DNA of 64,000 nt from Hormiphora californensis (Eukaryota > Animalia > Ctenophora). Under the pieces are notes generated by a model. That model searched no databases, was not told where the DNA came from, and saw only the letters and a list, made by a program, of their open reading frames with translations. The DNA is taken from NCBI GenBank assembly GCA_020137815.1, contig CM035361.1:1612001-1676000 (forward strand), written 5' to 3'. Both the position numbers and the translations under genes were made by a program. This document shows, one piece after another, positions 25,192 to 37,750 of this stretch (the first letter of the stretch is position 1; each line of letters begins with the position of its first letter).

Positions 25192-26677
25192 ATGATTGGG
25201 GGTCTATCTGATACCCTGATTGCAATCATTGCAGTGTTGGTCCTACTCATCCTGTTAAAGTAAGTGAAATCAATCGCCCAGGCAGACAACCTTTATACCA
25301 TGCCTTGCTCGACCCTCTCTCCCCGAGCCCCGGTTAGACAACTCACAAGTTGTTGCTATGCCCTATTATAACCTTTACAACTTTTATTTATAACAGATTC
25401 ATGTGGGAGGTCTGTGGTCCTTGTCTCCGCGTGCCCACCTAGAAGAGGATCTACAGTGTTAATGAGCTCTCTAGTCCAGAGAGTTACCAGCACCGCGGGA
25501 GAAGATGCCAAGTCGGTTAAAGATAGGACAACAGAGCGTACATCCATTCTGAGAAGGGATGATCTAGAGAAACGGGGGATCCGAGAAGAGGGGTACAACC
25601 TCGCAACACCTTCACAAAAGGAAACCAACCTAGGAATCAACCGTTCCTGTTCCAGACCAACATAGAACCACCGTGCCTGTTCCAGACCAACATAGAACCA
25701 CCGTGCCTGTTCCAGACCAACATAGGACCACCGTGCCTGTTCCAGACCAACATAGAACCACCATTCCTGTTCCAGACCAACTTAGAACCACCGTGCCTGT
25801 TCCAGACCAACCTAGAACCACCATGCCTGTTCCAGACCAACATAGAACCACCGCGCCTGTTCCAGACCAACCTAGGACCACCGTGCCTGTTCCAGACCAA
25901 CCTAGAACCACCGTACCAGCAACTACTGCCCACCAACAGCACCCCTCTTCCCAGCAGCAGCATCCCTCTTCCCAGCAGGGATACTTCATGGAGAGCGGCC
26001 CCTCTACCCAGCAAGGGTACTTCATGGAGAGCGGTGCCACGATCCCCGCCGACCCTAATCATATTGAAGGTGGAGGTAACATCACGAACATCCTAAACAT
26101 CAACCACCATCATGGATTCAACTGCAACAACAGCCCCTTTCCCCACACCAACCCACCCATCAACCCCTACTTCACAGAGGTACCTGCACAGATGTACCCA
26201 AACATACAGGGGAGGGAGAGGGAGGAGGTACATCCGCAAATGTACCCGAATCTACACGGGAGGGAGAGGGAGGAGGTACATCCGCAAATGTACCCGAATC
26301 TACACGGGAGGGAGGAGGTACAACAGCAGGGGTACCCAAATCTACCCGGGAGGGAGGAGGTACAACAACAGGGGTACCTAAATCTACACGGGAGGGAGGA
26401 GGTACAACAGCAGGGGTACCAAAATCTACATGAGAGGGAGGAGGTACAACAGCAGGGGTACCCAAATCTACACGGGAGGGAGGAGGTACAACAGCAGGGG
26501 TACCCAAATCTACACGGGAGGGAGGAGGTACAACAGCAGGGGTACCCAAATCTACATGATAGAGATGAGGTCCAACAGCAGGGGTACCCAAATCTACATG
26601 ATAGAGATGAGGTACAGAGGAGGCCCTCCTTTTCTCGTCATGATTCCTATATCCAGACCTTCTCCAGTGATGTATAA
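25192..26677 (+). CDS. Putative single-pass or secreted protein with tandem peptide repeats (9 x TVPVPDQHRT, 10 x QQQGYPNLHGREEV-like); frame disrupted between 25397 and 25633
   Basis: Exon 25192-25259 encodes MIGGLSDTLIAIIAVLVLLILL with a GTAAGT donor; acceptor at 25396; 334-aa ORF 25673-26677 has unique sequence between the repeat blocks. Joining the parts needs frameshifts. Confidence 0.5.
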
Positions 26678-27167
26678 CAATCCCTTTTGTTATGTTCTAA
26701 CCCTCCTTTACATTTGAGAGAGGTTCGAACAAGGATAGATCCCTGATGTCTGGTTTCCAATTTGTAACTGGTCCCTGGTGTGTACTGTGTCTATTTCAGG
26801 TATTTGCGAACCACTGAATGTCAATGAGAATACATTTACAATTTGAACTCAAGTTTTTCCCAGTCATTATTCGATAATTTGTGTACCCTGTTTTTGAATT
26901 GTGAATTCCTAAAAATAACGGAAATTAAGTTTTTTGTAAAATGTTGAATCCTAAATTTATACAAATTTTGTACAAAGATTGTTTATGGTAAAATCACACA
27001 AAACTTCCTACAACCACTACTACACCTACCATGCACAAATTAACATAATTAACAATCTACTGCCTAACGAAACCAAGACAGTTGAAATAAGTTACTAAAT
27101 TGTCAATTGTATCACTAACAAGTCCATACCATTGTTTTTCTGGAAAGTATCTTATTAGGTCCCACAA

Positions 27168-30100
27168 TTAGTGGACCTTATTGAAGGGATTGAAGGGATA
27201 AGTGAGGGTAACGTGTTTAGAAAGGGCTCCAGATTTGGCGTAGGCAGAGTGCTCCAGTTCATCTGCTGGGAACTTCCTGGAAAGATTTCTTTTAGATTTT
27301 ATCCAGTTTGGTAGAGAGGAGGAATAAAGTTCGAAACTGACAGAGCATTGGCCTGACCCTATTCTCATTTCTTTCAAATAAGCGGAGCGAGAACCGCGGT
27401 CAGAGCTACATTGGCCTAACAGGGTCGACATTAAAGGACAAACAAGTGTAAAAAATATATGCACAATGATCGAAAATTGTTGAAAAATATCCTGATATGA
27501 CAATTAATAAAGTTTTAGACACTGTCAGAGCATTGGCCTGACAGTTTAGACAATACTATTATGAACATCATTCATTCCTAGAAATCTTTTCTACTTACTT
27601 GTGGACAGCATTGAATGAGGTAGTTGCCATACCAGGAGGAGGGGTATAAGATCTGGTAACTGGTGTACAGGGGATGTATCCAGCATATCCTGGTAGCCTC
27701 CTTTCTCTGTGGAATGAGAGATGTTAAAAGGGGTGTCGATAGACGACATAGATTCAAGATTGACAATCATTATCATTATCATTAGATTTAATCGAAGTGC
27801 TAATGAGCTTGTCAGCGCAATTTCCCTTACTATCGTAGTGAGTGCTAACAACTGCGCGCGCGATTGCTTTCTTAACCTTTGAACTCATCGCGCGCGCTGT
27901 ACAAGTATCCCTTCAAATTGTGTCACACTCTGTCCCACACCAGCTGCAACCGCAACCATGCAGAGACTTGATATAGGAGGTATGGGATTTTAACATCACT
28001 CCCACATCTATCGATTATACAAATGTATCAGTCTAACTAGTAAGGGAGAATTAGCTAAATTATCCGCAAATTAGTGGCAAAATTTTTAACAAGCTAATTC
28101 CTTCACTAAGTGACCCTAATGGGTCCTCTGAATCACCAAAAAAAAGTTCCAGCCGATCGGGCTTGCAGAAGACCCTTATTTCCGGGTGGGCGCGGCACCT
28201 GTATTTTCAGCCTGTTTTCAGCCTCAGGTAAAAACCATAAGTACCCTTAACATAGGAGTAGAGATAAAATCGAGGGCACTAAAGTGATCAGCGACCTCGC
28301 ATTAGTGGGGGTAGGTGCCGGAATTAAGTCTCTATCTCATCTGGTTAATTAGATAATTGGATAATTAGGTTTGCGCGTGTACCGTTTTTTGGCTATATGG
28401 CTATAGCCACTTAGGAATGATTTAGAGACTTTTCATTGGTGCCATTTTGTTCAGAAGAAAATTTTAGAGAGGAGTTGTGGAAAAATTTAGGGCATATCTC
28501 TTACCGTTTTGGCGTTATTAGCCGTCAAACTAGGCCAAATTAGTCGAAATTTCGCGAAAATGTCAAAAATTGAGTTAATTGGCCTAGTTTAACGGCTAAT
28601 AACGCCAAAACGGTAACAGATAGGCCCTACATTTTTCCAGAACTCCTCTCTAAAATTTTCTTCTGAACAAAATGGCACCAATGAAAAGTCTCTATACCAT
28701 TCCTAAGTGGCTATAGCCATATAGCCAAAAAACGGTACATGCGCAAACCTAATTATCCAATTATCTAATTAACCAGATGAGATAGACTTAATTCCGGCAC
28801 CTACCCCCACTAATGCGAGGTCGCTGATCACTTTAGTGCCCTCGATTTTATCTCTACTCCTATTTTAAGGGTACTTATGGTTTTTGCCTCAGGCTGTGAA
28901 AACAGGCTGAAAATACAGGTGCCGCGCCCACCCGGAAATAAGGGCCTTCTGCAAGCCCGATCGGCTGGAACTTTTTTTTGGTGATTCAGAGGACCCATTA
29001 GGGTCACTTAGTGAAGGAATTAGCTTGTTAAAAATTTTGCCACTAATTTCGGCTAATTCTCCCTAACTAAACTGTGTCTAACTCTATTAGTCGAGTACTA
29101 GAGTCTCTTTGGAGAGTACTGATTTAGGATCATTCGCTGGGTAAAAAGAAGATGAACTTTATGCTTTTGGCACAATATGATCATTCACACCCATTCTCCA
29201 ACTTGTCTATTTCCATCAGCTGTTATCTCTCACCTGGTGCATCGTGGCATACGAGAGAGGCGGGGAATACCGTCAACTAGAGGCACCATAGGGGATGCTA
29301 TGTTGGGTCTTGGAACACCGCACATTGGTTCTGGGTCAGCACGCACCTGGGTAAATATTGGGAAGGTAGTCTCAATACTTGACCAATAATTCCAATCCAA
29401 AAGATGGACAAAATGGAGCAAAAGAGAGGTTGATTTGAAAAAAGTTACCACGTTTGAAGCTCTTTCTGAACTAAAAAAAGATGAATCTTCCGACTTACCA
29501 TGGGTATCTTCCTATAGAATGCCTTGTTGGTTGACACAAGGGTACTTGTTTTAGCGATATCTCCAACATCATCTAGGATTCTCCAACTTGCTAACCTCTT
29601 CCTCCTCTCCCTTTCCTTCCGTCGCTGAGAGGGAATGTTGAGTGTAATGTATTCAAGAACAGAAGAATTCAAACTTCACTGGCAATGCTACGAACACGGG
29701 GAAATTATGCCCAATAACCCTCACAAAGAAATTAAATGCGGTGTGAGCCACACAACAAAATCAATGATCAGTAGGATATGTTTATATCTACAACTCTCAC
29801 GTTCGGTGAAGATGGCAGGTTTTGTAAGATGACCAAGGTGGAAGCGATACCAGTTATCTGCCACCATGGATCCCATTCCCAAACCAGGGGGCTTGTCAAA
29901 CTGTACTACTCGGTGGGGTGCTATGGGAGGGAGAGTGAATATTATAATACTGAGAGAGATAGAGAACTTTACTACTCGGTGGGGTGCTATGGGAGGGAGA
30001 GTGAATATTATAATACTGAGAGAGATAGAGAACTGTACTACTCGGTGGGGTGCTATGGGAGGGAGAGTGAATATTATAATACTGAGAGAGATAGAGAACT

Positions 30101-30565
30101 GTACTACTCGGTGGGGTGCTTATATGGGAGGGAGAGTGAATATTATAATACTGAGAGAGATAGAGAACTGTACTACTCGGTGGGGTGCTATGGGAGGGAG
30201 AGTGAATATTATAATACTGAGAGAGATAGAGAACTGTACTACTCGGTGGGGTGCTGTGGGAGGGAGAGAGGGACGAGTTAGTAGGTTGGTAACGAAGTTA
30301 CCCCTCCTATGCTGGCGCTCGAAGCACACGAATGGAGTGATAGAAACAGCAAAGGAAGGGCAGGATATGATATCTCTATGATTTGCTTTATTCAAACCCC
30401 TGCAGTGACACAGGGTCCAACAAGGAATATTGAGTTACCTGGCTTCTTTCGGATGGTCCTAAAGTTTTTCCACTGAAGACAGGGTGTATCATAGTAGTTA
30501 ACACGGGGAGCCGGGGCATGGTCAGGGTAGGAGTGGTTGTAGGTTGTTTGTTTGTTGACTGACAT
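27168..30565 (-). CDS. SPATA48/SPMIP7-like ciliary microtubule inner protein
   Basis: Exons 30439-30565, 29801-29920, 29499-29624, 29234-29346, 27599-27706 (LPGYAGYIP), 27168-27276 (GALSKHVTLTYPFNPFNKVH*). One junction (29801 to 29624) is off by 1 nt. The family call is from remembered motifs. Confidence 0.65.
28044..29063. mobile_element. PIF/Harbinger-type foldback MITE, 1020 bp, almost entirely palindromic, in an intron of the SPATA48-like gene
   Basis: TAA at 28041-28043 and 29064-29066; termini GGGAGAATTAGC / GCTAATTCTCCC; arms of about 495 bp. Confidence 0.9.
29899..30270 (-). repeat. 66-bp tandem array containing six copies of a 3' splice site plus 22 nt of exon
   Basis: Acceptor AGs at plus-strand 29921, 29987, 30053, 30119, 30188, 30254. 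Confidence 0.9.
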
Positions 30566-31028
30566 GGTGAGCTAAATAACAATTTGTTTGTAAGTTCACG
30601 TTCTATCTAACCCAGAGGGCACGGTGTGAGTTGCCTAGTTCTACCTTCTCCCCACGCCCCGGATTAGATCATAACAAGGCGAGAGAGGGTCAAGTAAAGA
30701 GTGGCATCAATTAGGGAGGTGAGAAGATTTAGGATATTTTCATTTCAACAAGCTAACTAAGATGCAATAATATAATTTCAAGCGTGACCTTTACCTTTAC
30801 ATGCATAACTCTCAAGTGCACTCAGAGGACCGCCCGACCTTAGCAAGTGAAAGATGGAAAAGAAAAAGTTGAAATATAACGAATATAATAGAGAGATAGG
30901 AGAATACTGACTGGAAAGTGGAAAAGAAGATAGAGAGGATGAAGGTCAGAAAGAGATAGAGAAAAGAGAGAGTGAGTGAAAGAGAGAGAGAGACAGAGAG
31001 GGAGAGAGAGAGTGTGTGTGTGTGAGAA

Positions 31029-31162
<134 letters not shown>

Positions 31163-31518
31163 TACAATTTATCATGGAGGAATGTTAAAATACAGCATGC
31201 TGAGAAGGAGTTGTGTAAAACTTGCTCAGTCATTGGAGAGAAACGAGAAACCGCAATCGTTCTAAAAATGATCAAAGATTTAAAAAAGGAAGCCGATTAA
31301 AAGTAAGAAAATCTGGCCTCAATGCGAGAACTTGTTAAATTAATAAAATTTTTTAGATAGCTCATGACCGATGATCCATCCGATAATCCCTCTGTTGATT
31401 TTAAATAGAGAGCATACTTCTTTTTTCCAATTTGCTCTTTCGTGCAAGGATTGACAACAATATGATTAAAAATGGATAATAATAATAATAATAGAACTCG
31501 AATCGAGTAGGAATAATT

Positions 31519-32734
31519 TCAGTTTCGTTTAGGAGTAACATACACAGGAGAATACTCAAACATTTCATAATCTAGTTCATAAATCTTATTTAGTTGATTC
31601 TGTTGATCTTCACTCAACTGCCCAATATGATCTTCCACCTCCGTCCCCTCCACCTCCTTTTTTCCCTGAGGAATTGTGCTTCCCCATAAAATAGTCCAAG
31701 TATTCTGATAGATTAAGGCGTTTCAACAAATACGGCACTTCCTCAACTTCATTTTCAAGTTTAACCACAATGTCAATATTATTCTGACAAGTATCCATAA
31801 ATTGTGACGCCGGCCTCCAGTGATCATTCGTACCTTTTTTGTCACGTTTGCTTCGTGCAAAGAGGATCCATTTGACAAACTCACGAAATGTCGGCAGGGT
31901 TAGATATGGGTTTTGATTGTTCTCATCTGGGTCCCATTCACCCGTTACCCACTTGTTCAGCTCCTGATTATATACCTCGTGTAACTTTTTGTCAGTAACT
32001 TGTCGAGAGTGCAGGATAGTGGGTTTCACCCAGAGGTCCCGCAGTGCGTTCAATTCACCCTTCTCCGTCACCGTCTTCCTATAATGGGAAACCAGTCTGG
32101 AGAGAGGATGGCGAACAATAGCGAACCTTATGCTGTCTCTTGGTTCCCTAGTAAATGTCCGTAGTCGACCGTTTGCTGCTTTTCTTTTCTCCGTCGATTT
32201 CAGGTTATGACTCCATAATGCACCAATACCATAGTCGTTTCTAGCTGCTTTATCTGGATGAACGTGATCAACAAAGAATTTTTTCCAATTGGTACTGGAG
32301 GCTTTGAAGACAGGTGCCCAAGTAATTTTGTACTCCTTAAAATGAAACATCCAATAGAAGTTAAAGTTAGGGTTGTGCCTAGCTTTACAAACATCCCTGA
32401 TGTGCTTCATGCGTTTATTGATGGCTGCCTCAACAGCTTCATGGTTATCTGGCACCTCCTCTGGTTTTTTTTCCTCGACAGCTTCATGGTTATCTGGCAC
32501 CTCCTCTGGTTTTGGCACATCATTAGAACTGATACCACTGCTGCTGTCTAGGTCGTTAGAGTTTTGAATCATATCCCTCATCTCTCGTTCAAGCTGAAAC
32601 TGATCATGAGCGGCTACTATTTCTTTCCTCAACACTGCAATTTCTCTATCACGATGAACGTTGGAAGTAATGAGGAGGACCACAATGAGGGTTATCAAGA
32701 CATAGACAAATGTTTTGGGCGAAACAAGTACCAT
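31519..32734 (-). CDS. Golgi carbohydrate sulfotransferase (Sulfotransfer_2, CHST11-like), intronless, about 404 aa after correcting one frameshift
   Basis: N-terminal TM helix; APVFKASSTNWK (5'-PSB), FAIVRHPLSRLVSHY (3'-PB), NDHWRP; conserved LNKIYELDYEMFEY tail in the shifted frame after the A6 run at 31658-31663. Confidence 0.9.
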
Positions 32735-33939
32735 ATCAACCTTTATCGGTTAAATTCTGAAAATAATGGAGAATCTTGGTTATTTTTAACTTTTTATGAC
32801 ATGTTTGGTTTGGTCCAATGCACCCCTAACCGCACCCCGAAGGCGCCTGAGTGCCTGACTCGAACGGTAGTCGGTACCGTCAATCGTCATTATATACGTC
32901 TGTTTTCTGTTATGTCTTGATATCAGCTCACTAAATGTCCAGGTCTGTCTTGGTAGTGTCTTTCAGTGCTGGCAGATCAAAGAGAGGGATATTTACAAAG
33001 CAATTCAAGACATAGTAACAAAGCAAAGCAAAGCTCTTCCTAGCTATTCTTTTCACGGGGTTAAGGTAGCATATAAAGCAATTGGATTTTGAAATAGTAT
33101 CCATTATCCAATCAAACAATTTATATCAACCAACAGAAGGGATATTGAGTGATATTGAGGGCTGAGGCATATCAAGGCATTCTTGAGGCAGCTGTTAACG
33201 TGCTCACTACTGCACAGTGCACACTGCACAGTTCACACTGTACAGTGTACAGTGTAACTTTGCAAAATATCTCATGAAGAAAAGGATCTTGATAAAATTA
33301 TCAAGCAGAAAGATACACACTTCTTGGTAAAGACAAGAACTATGCTCGGTACAGGCATGTACGAGGGGAAGCTTGCCTTTGGCGATCAATGATTCAATGA
33401 TCTCATGAGAATACAATTTTTTACTTTTCAGTGATTAGATTGTGTGTGGACAAAGCAAGTGAGACTTGATAAACATTTTTTCCGGCTCCTTTTAATTAGG
33501 GGTTGGTAGCCCTCTCGGCCTCTCACACAGTAAGAATAATATATGAGAAGACATTCCAGCATGAGATTATAAGCAGTTGCTGAATCTTTCACAATTCACA
33601 CGCTTCTCAATGAGGGAAGATAGATCCCCATTATGGAGCCCTTCACCTATCATGACAATAAAGTGATCTGAGAGACTCTCACTGAGAGTGCCCCAATTCA
33701 TACCACGACTGCAAAATTAGGAATAATTGTGATGCAGTTTGACGTTCAGCTTCGGCGTATTATTCGACATATTATTCAATATTCATATGCCCAATAACCG
33801 GGTTGTTGAGTAGTGGGAGGATAGATAAACAATGGGATAGGATAATTTTCAATAACTGAATATCATTGGGCACCGTGTACCTAGATGTAGCGTGCACACG
33901 GAAACGTGAGAAAGGACAGCACAGGAGGGAGAGAAGAAG

Positions 33940-34396
33940 ATTTTTACAAAAGATTTACAAGATTTACAAATTAGTTTCGGTATACATAACACATGAAAAT
34001 ATACCATGCACTCAACTAATGTATCCGCGTGAAGTGGTTGTGAAGTGAGCTTTGCTATATGCCTTCCTTTAGCAGAGCGACGAGCGAGTTGTTACGAAGA
34101 CTGGAGTAACCTTTAACAGGAGGGTAGTCAGGAATGGTTTCAAGGATATTTCCCAGTTCGATCTTTAACCTTTCTAGAGTTGTACATCGTCGTACGATTT
34201 TTGGCGTTCTGTTGAAGAGTTGAGCAGCTTTCATATTGAATGATTCATCTCTAAGCGATTGCACGGAGTCCTGTGCCTCCGTATATAGCTTTGGTAGAGT
34301 AGCTTTTACACCGCCCCGCTCTTCTTCCCGATAGAATGTCATCCCTGTAGTTTTGGGAGCCATTTCGGCATGCATTTTCCACTCGTGAATGATCAA
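33940..34396 (-). mobile_element. 3' fragment of a CR1/L2-like LINE related to 21559-23106
   Basis: ORF 34055-34396 aligns by eye with 22675-23061 (MIIH.WK, AAQLFNR.P, PD.PPV.GY); (TGTAAATCT)-like tail near 33940-33970. Confidence 0.8.
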
Positions 34397-34449
34397 GAAG
34401 AGGGGGTATCATACCCAATAAATAACACGACCGTACTACTACAAGTTAC

Positions 34450-34598
34450 TAAAGTCCGATTTTTAAGAAAGCGAACCGGGGGCGCGCGAAATGAAGTTTT
34501 GAATTGAAATTGGTAGCGCGTGACGTGTGATGTGCATGAAATGCTCTGATAGTCTGATTTGCACGCAAGCGGTTCGCTTTATTAAAAATCGCACTTTA
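34450..34598. mobile_element. Small MITE-like inverted-repeat element
   Basis: TAAAGTCCGATTTTTAAGAAAGCGAACCG / CGGTTCGCTTTATTAAAAATCGCACTTTA. Confidence 0.65.
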
Positions 34599-36428
34599 TT
34601 GACGTTTCTTGTCTCGTTCTGCACAGTAAATGGGTAGTAGCAAGGAAAAACGCCAACATAACAACATTATTTATTATCTTCTTCCTATATTTGACTACCC
34701 GCCCTATGCTATACTCGTGCTGCGGACTGCCATTGAAGGTTCAGCAACATCAATGTTAATGGTATTACCATGCACTCACCTATTTGATTTGTGAGTGTCT
34801 CGTCGGGCCTATCTGTAACCCTGACCTTCTCCCGTGGTCCCAGGCTCACACTACACAATATATCCCGTGTCACTGCACCTCATGTGTGTTACACCCAACA
34901 CCACATGTCAACTCAAGTTCCTCCAAGTCCTATCCGGTATTCCCATAGTGGCAGAACAAAGTTCTAAACAAGTCGACTGTTTTGTGGGTAAAGATAAAAG
35001 AAGGTAAAAAAATCTCCTACATTAAATGATAAACAAACTCATACGGCAACAATCACACAGTTCACACATTCACTCACACTGCAATCACACATGACACACT
35101 AGGACTGACATACTCAGGTCCTACAGATTGATGTTAAACACATAGTTAATCAGTACATAAAGTAATATATTAGTTATCAGATTAAATTAATGCCCTTTGT
35201 TGGCGCCAGAGGGGTCTTAAAAGTCACTTCAGGGACCAGACGGAATAATCATTTTTAAGGATAAGTTTGAGGTTAAATTTTTGACGAAAATGGCAGTTGA
35301 ATAGAGTTTGGTACGCACCTGCCACCTAGAGCCACACTTGTTATTATCATTAAATCTGAATGATCTGCACGATTGACATCAATTGACATCAATCAAATGC
35401 TGCCCTCTAAAAGTACCTTCACTTCATATCGGTTTACAGTTCAAGTGGGTGCGATTGTAAGCTGGACGCCTCGAAGGACGAAGCTTTTTTAGTTTTCAAG
35501 GATATTTCTCCCACATCAAGTTAAAATCAGACTTTTTTAAACTGGCGTCTGGCCGCCCCTTTTTGTATTACAGATCATAGCCCCTGCTCCACACCCTGAT
35601 AAGATAGAGACTTCAAATTTTGAGGTTAGGAAGATCATGTAGATTTCTTCATACCCTCCAAATTTGAGGTCTCTATCTTATCAGGAACCAGAAGTCAGAC
35701 ATCTGAAATTTCAGGAAAATTTAGGGGTAGTTTCAAAAATTTGATTTTTAAAAAAGTTCGGACGAATTAAATTTATTGCTCTTCCGCACCGCGCGGCGGC
35801 AATTTGGGCAGCGTTTTTGCCAAGATTGCAGCCTGCGCACAAATTTTGCAGCGTACTCTAATCGAAATAACGCCGCGCGAGTCGATTGATTTTTTTTTAA
35901 TTTAAAAACTTAAAAATGTCAACTCAGAAAATCGGGTTGGCATGCGCTGCAGACCCCAAGTGCGCGCGTTTTCCACGGCTTCTAGGGCCTGTAGCATAGG
36001 CCAAAAAATCGGGTTCCCCTTTGCAACTTCGAGTGTGCTGCGGTCCCCGGTCCCCCCATGAATCATGCTCGCGATTTCGCAACACGTAGAAAGGCCTGTA
36101 GCATATGCCAAAGCCATGAGCAAGTTTGACCTGTTTTGACCAACCACGAATGCCCGTGCACTGGAGAATGGACCTATCCTGCGCTGTGATTGATAAAAAC
36201 AGGTCATGCTGTGCTCGACCCGAACATTTCCAAGGTCGCTTATGCGCTGCAGACGCCCAGTAACGGCCACTGATGCAGTATACAGTATATCACCTGAGAC
36301 GGAGAAGTCTTTAACAGCCGTTAAATCCTGTTTTTCTATCACTGAACCGGGAAAATTGTTTTTGAAAATTGAAAACTGACTTTACACATGTACATTTTAA
36401 GTTCCAAAGTTTCAACTTTCAATAGGCC

Positions 36429-37487
36429 ATGTCAACATTGGAAAGCAAAGGTGCGGATGCAGTTTTTCAGGGATCAGAAGAATATGATGGCACCCCTGTC
36501 AAGGGTTACGACTTCTCCGATGGAATCGACTACGACAAACTCCTCGACTCCTACGCTACAACGGGGTTCCAAGCCACTAATTTTGGAGATGCTGTTACCA
36601 TGGTGAATGACATGCTTGACGCACGTGATGAGGACTACAGGGGAGAGCAGTATCCTGATCTCCGCCCTGCTCGGGGTTGTACAATCTTTCTTGGGTTCAC
36701 GTCAAATATGATATCTAGCGGTGTCCGGGAGACAATTAAATTTCTAGTTAAGGAAAATCTTGTTGATGTCCTGGTAACGACATGTGGTGCTATTGAGGAA
36801 GATCTCATGAAATGCATTGCTCCTCATCAAATTGGAGATTTTGAGCTGAAAGGATCGGTGTTGAGGGATAAGGGATGGAACAGGATTGGGAATCTTATCG
36901 TGCCAAATCAAACTTACATATCACTCGAAACATTTGTCCATCCTATTCTAGAAGACATGCTGGCTGAGCAGAAGGAAAATGGTACAATTTGGTCACCAAG
37001 CAAGATGATATCCCTCCTTGGACAGCGAATAAACCACCCAGACAGTGTCCTGTACTGGGCGTGGAAGAATAACATCCCTATCTTCTGTCCTGCGATAACA
37101 GATGGTGCCATTGGTGATGCTATGTATTTCCACTCGTACAAGAGTCCGGGTCTGATTATGGACCTGGTTCAGGACATTAGATTGATTAACAGGACTGCTA
37201 CAGCAGCCCAGAAATCTGGGATGTTAATCCTAGGAGGAGGAGTGATAAAACATCATATAGCTAATGCTAACCTGATGCGTAATGGCGCTGATTTTACAGT
37301 CTACATCAACACCGCTCAACCCTTTGATGGCAGTGATGCGGGGGCAACTCCGGATGAAGCTGTTAGTTGGGGTAAAATCAGAAAAGACGCTAAAACACCG
37401 GTTAAGATATACGCAGAGGCAACACTTGTCTTCCCCCTTCTAGTTGCAAGGACTTTTGCAAAAAAGGTTTTCAAGTCAGACAAGTGA
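36429..37487 (+). CDS. DHPS: Deoxyhypusine synthase, intronless, 352 aa
   Basis: [80 protein letters not shown] (catalytic Lys). Confidence 0.98.
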   Translation: MSTLESKGADAVFQGSEEYDGTPVKGYDFSDGIDYDKLLDSYATTGFQATNFGDAVTMVNDMLDARDEDYRGEQYPDLRPARGCTIFLGFTSNMISSGVRETIKFLVKENLVDVLVTTCGAIEEDLMKCIAPHQIGDFELKGSVLRDKGWNRIGNLIVPNQTYISLETFVHPILEDMLAEQKENGTIWSPSKMISLLGQRINHPDSVLYWAWKNNIPIFCPAITDGAIGDAMYFHSYKSPGLIMDLVQDIRLINRTATAAQKSGMLILGGGVIKHHIANANLMRNGADFTVYINTAQPFDGSDAGATPDEAVSWGKIRKDAKTPVKIYAEATLVFPLLVARTFAKKVFKSDK

Positions 37488-37750
37488 GATGGTGATTTAT
37501 TTTCTCAGTTTTTAGCTGTTAATTTATTGAAATTTTTATTGAATCTGGTAGTTTTTTAAAACTGTAGCTTCGTTTTATACCGACTCTTCATTTAGAAAGA
37601 ACGCCCCTTTCGAGATAGTCGCTTCACTTCTTTATTGTGACTTGTGAGAGTGAAATTTTCCTGAAAAGTAATATGGAATTCCAGTTTTTCCCTGTCTCAC
37701 AACAATTCCAACCCCATTCCAACCCTAGTGAAATGTCGTGAAACTATGAC

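Noticed and set aside
35902-36342. 146-aa ORF upstream of DHPS
   Set aside because: Non-ATG start, no recognisable motifs, repeat-like context.
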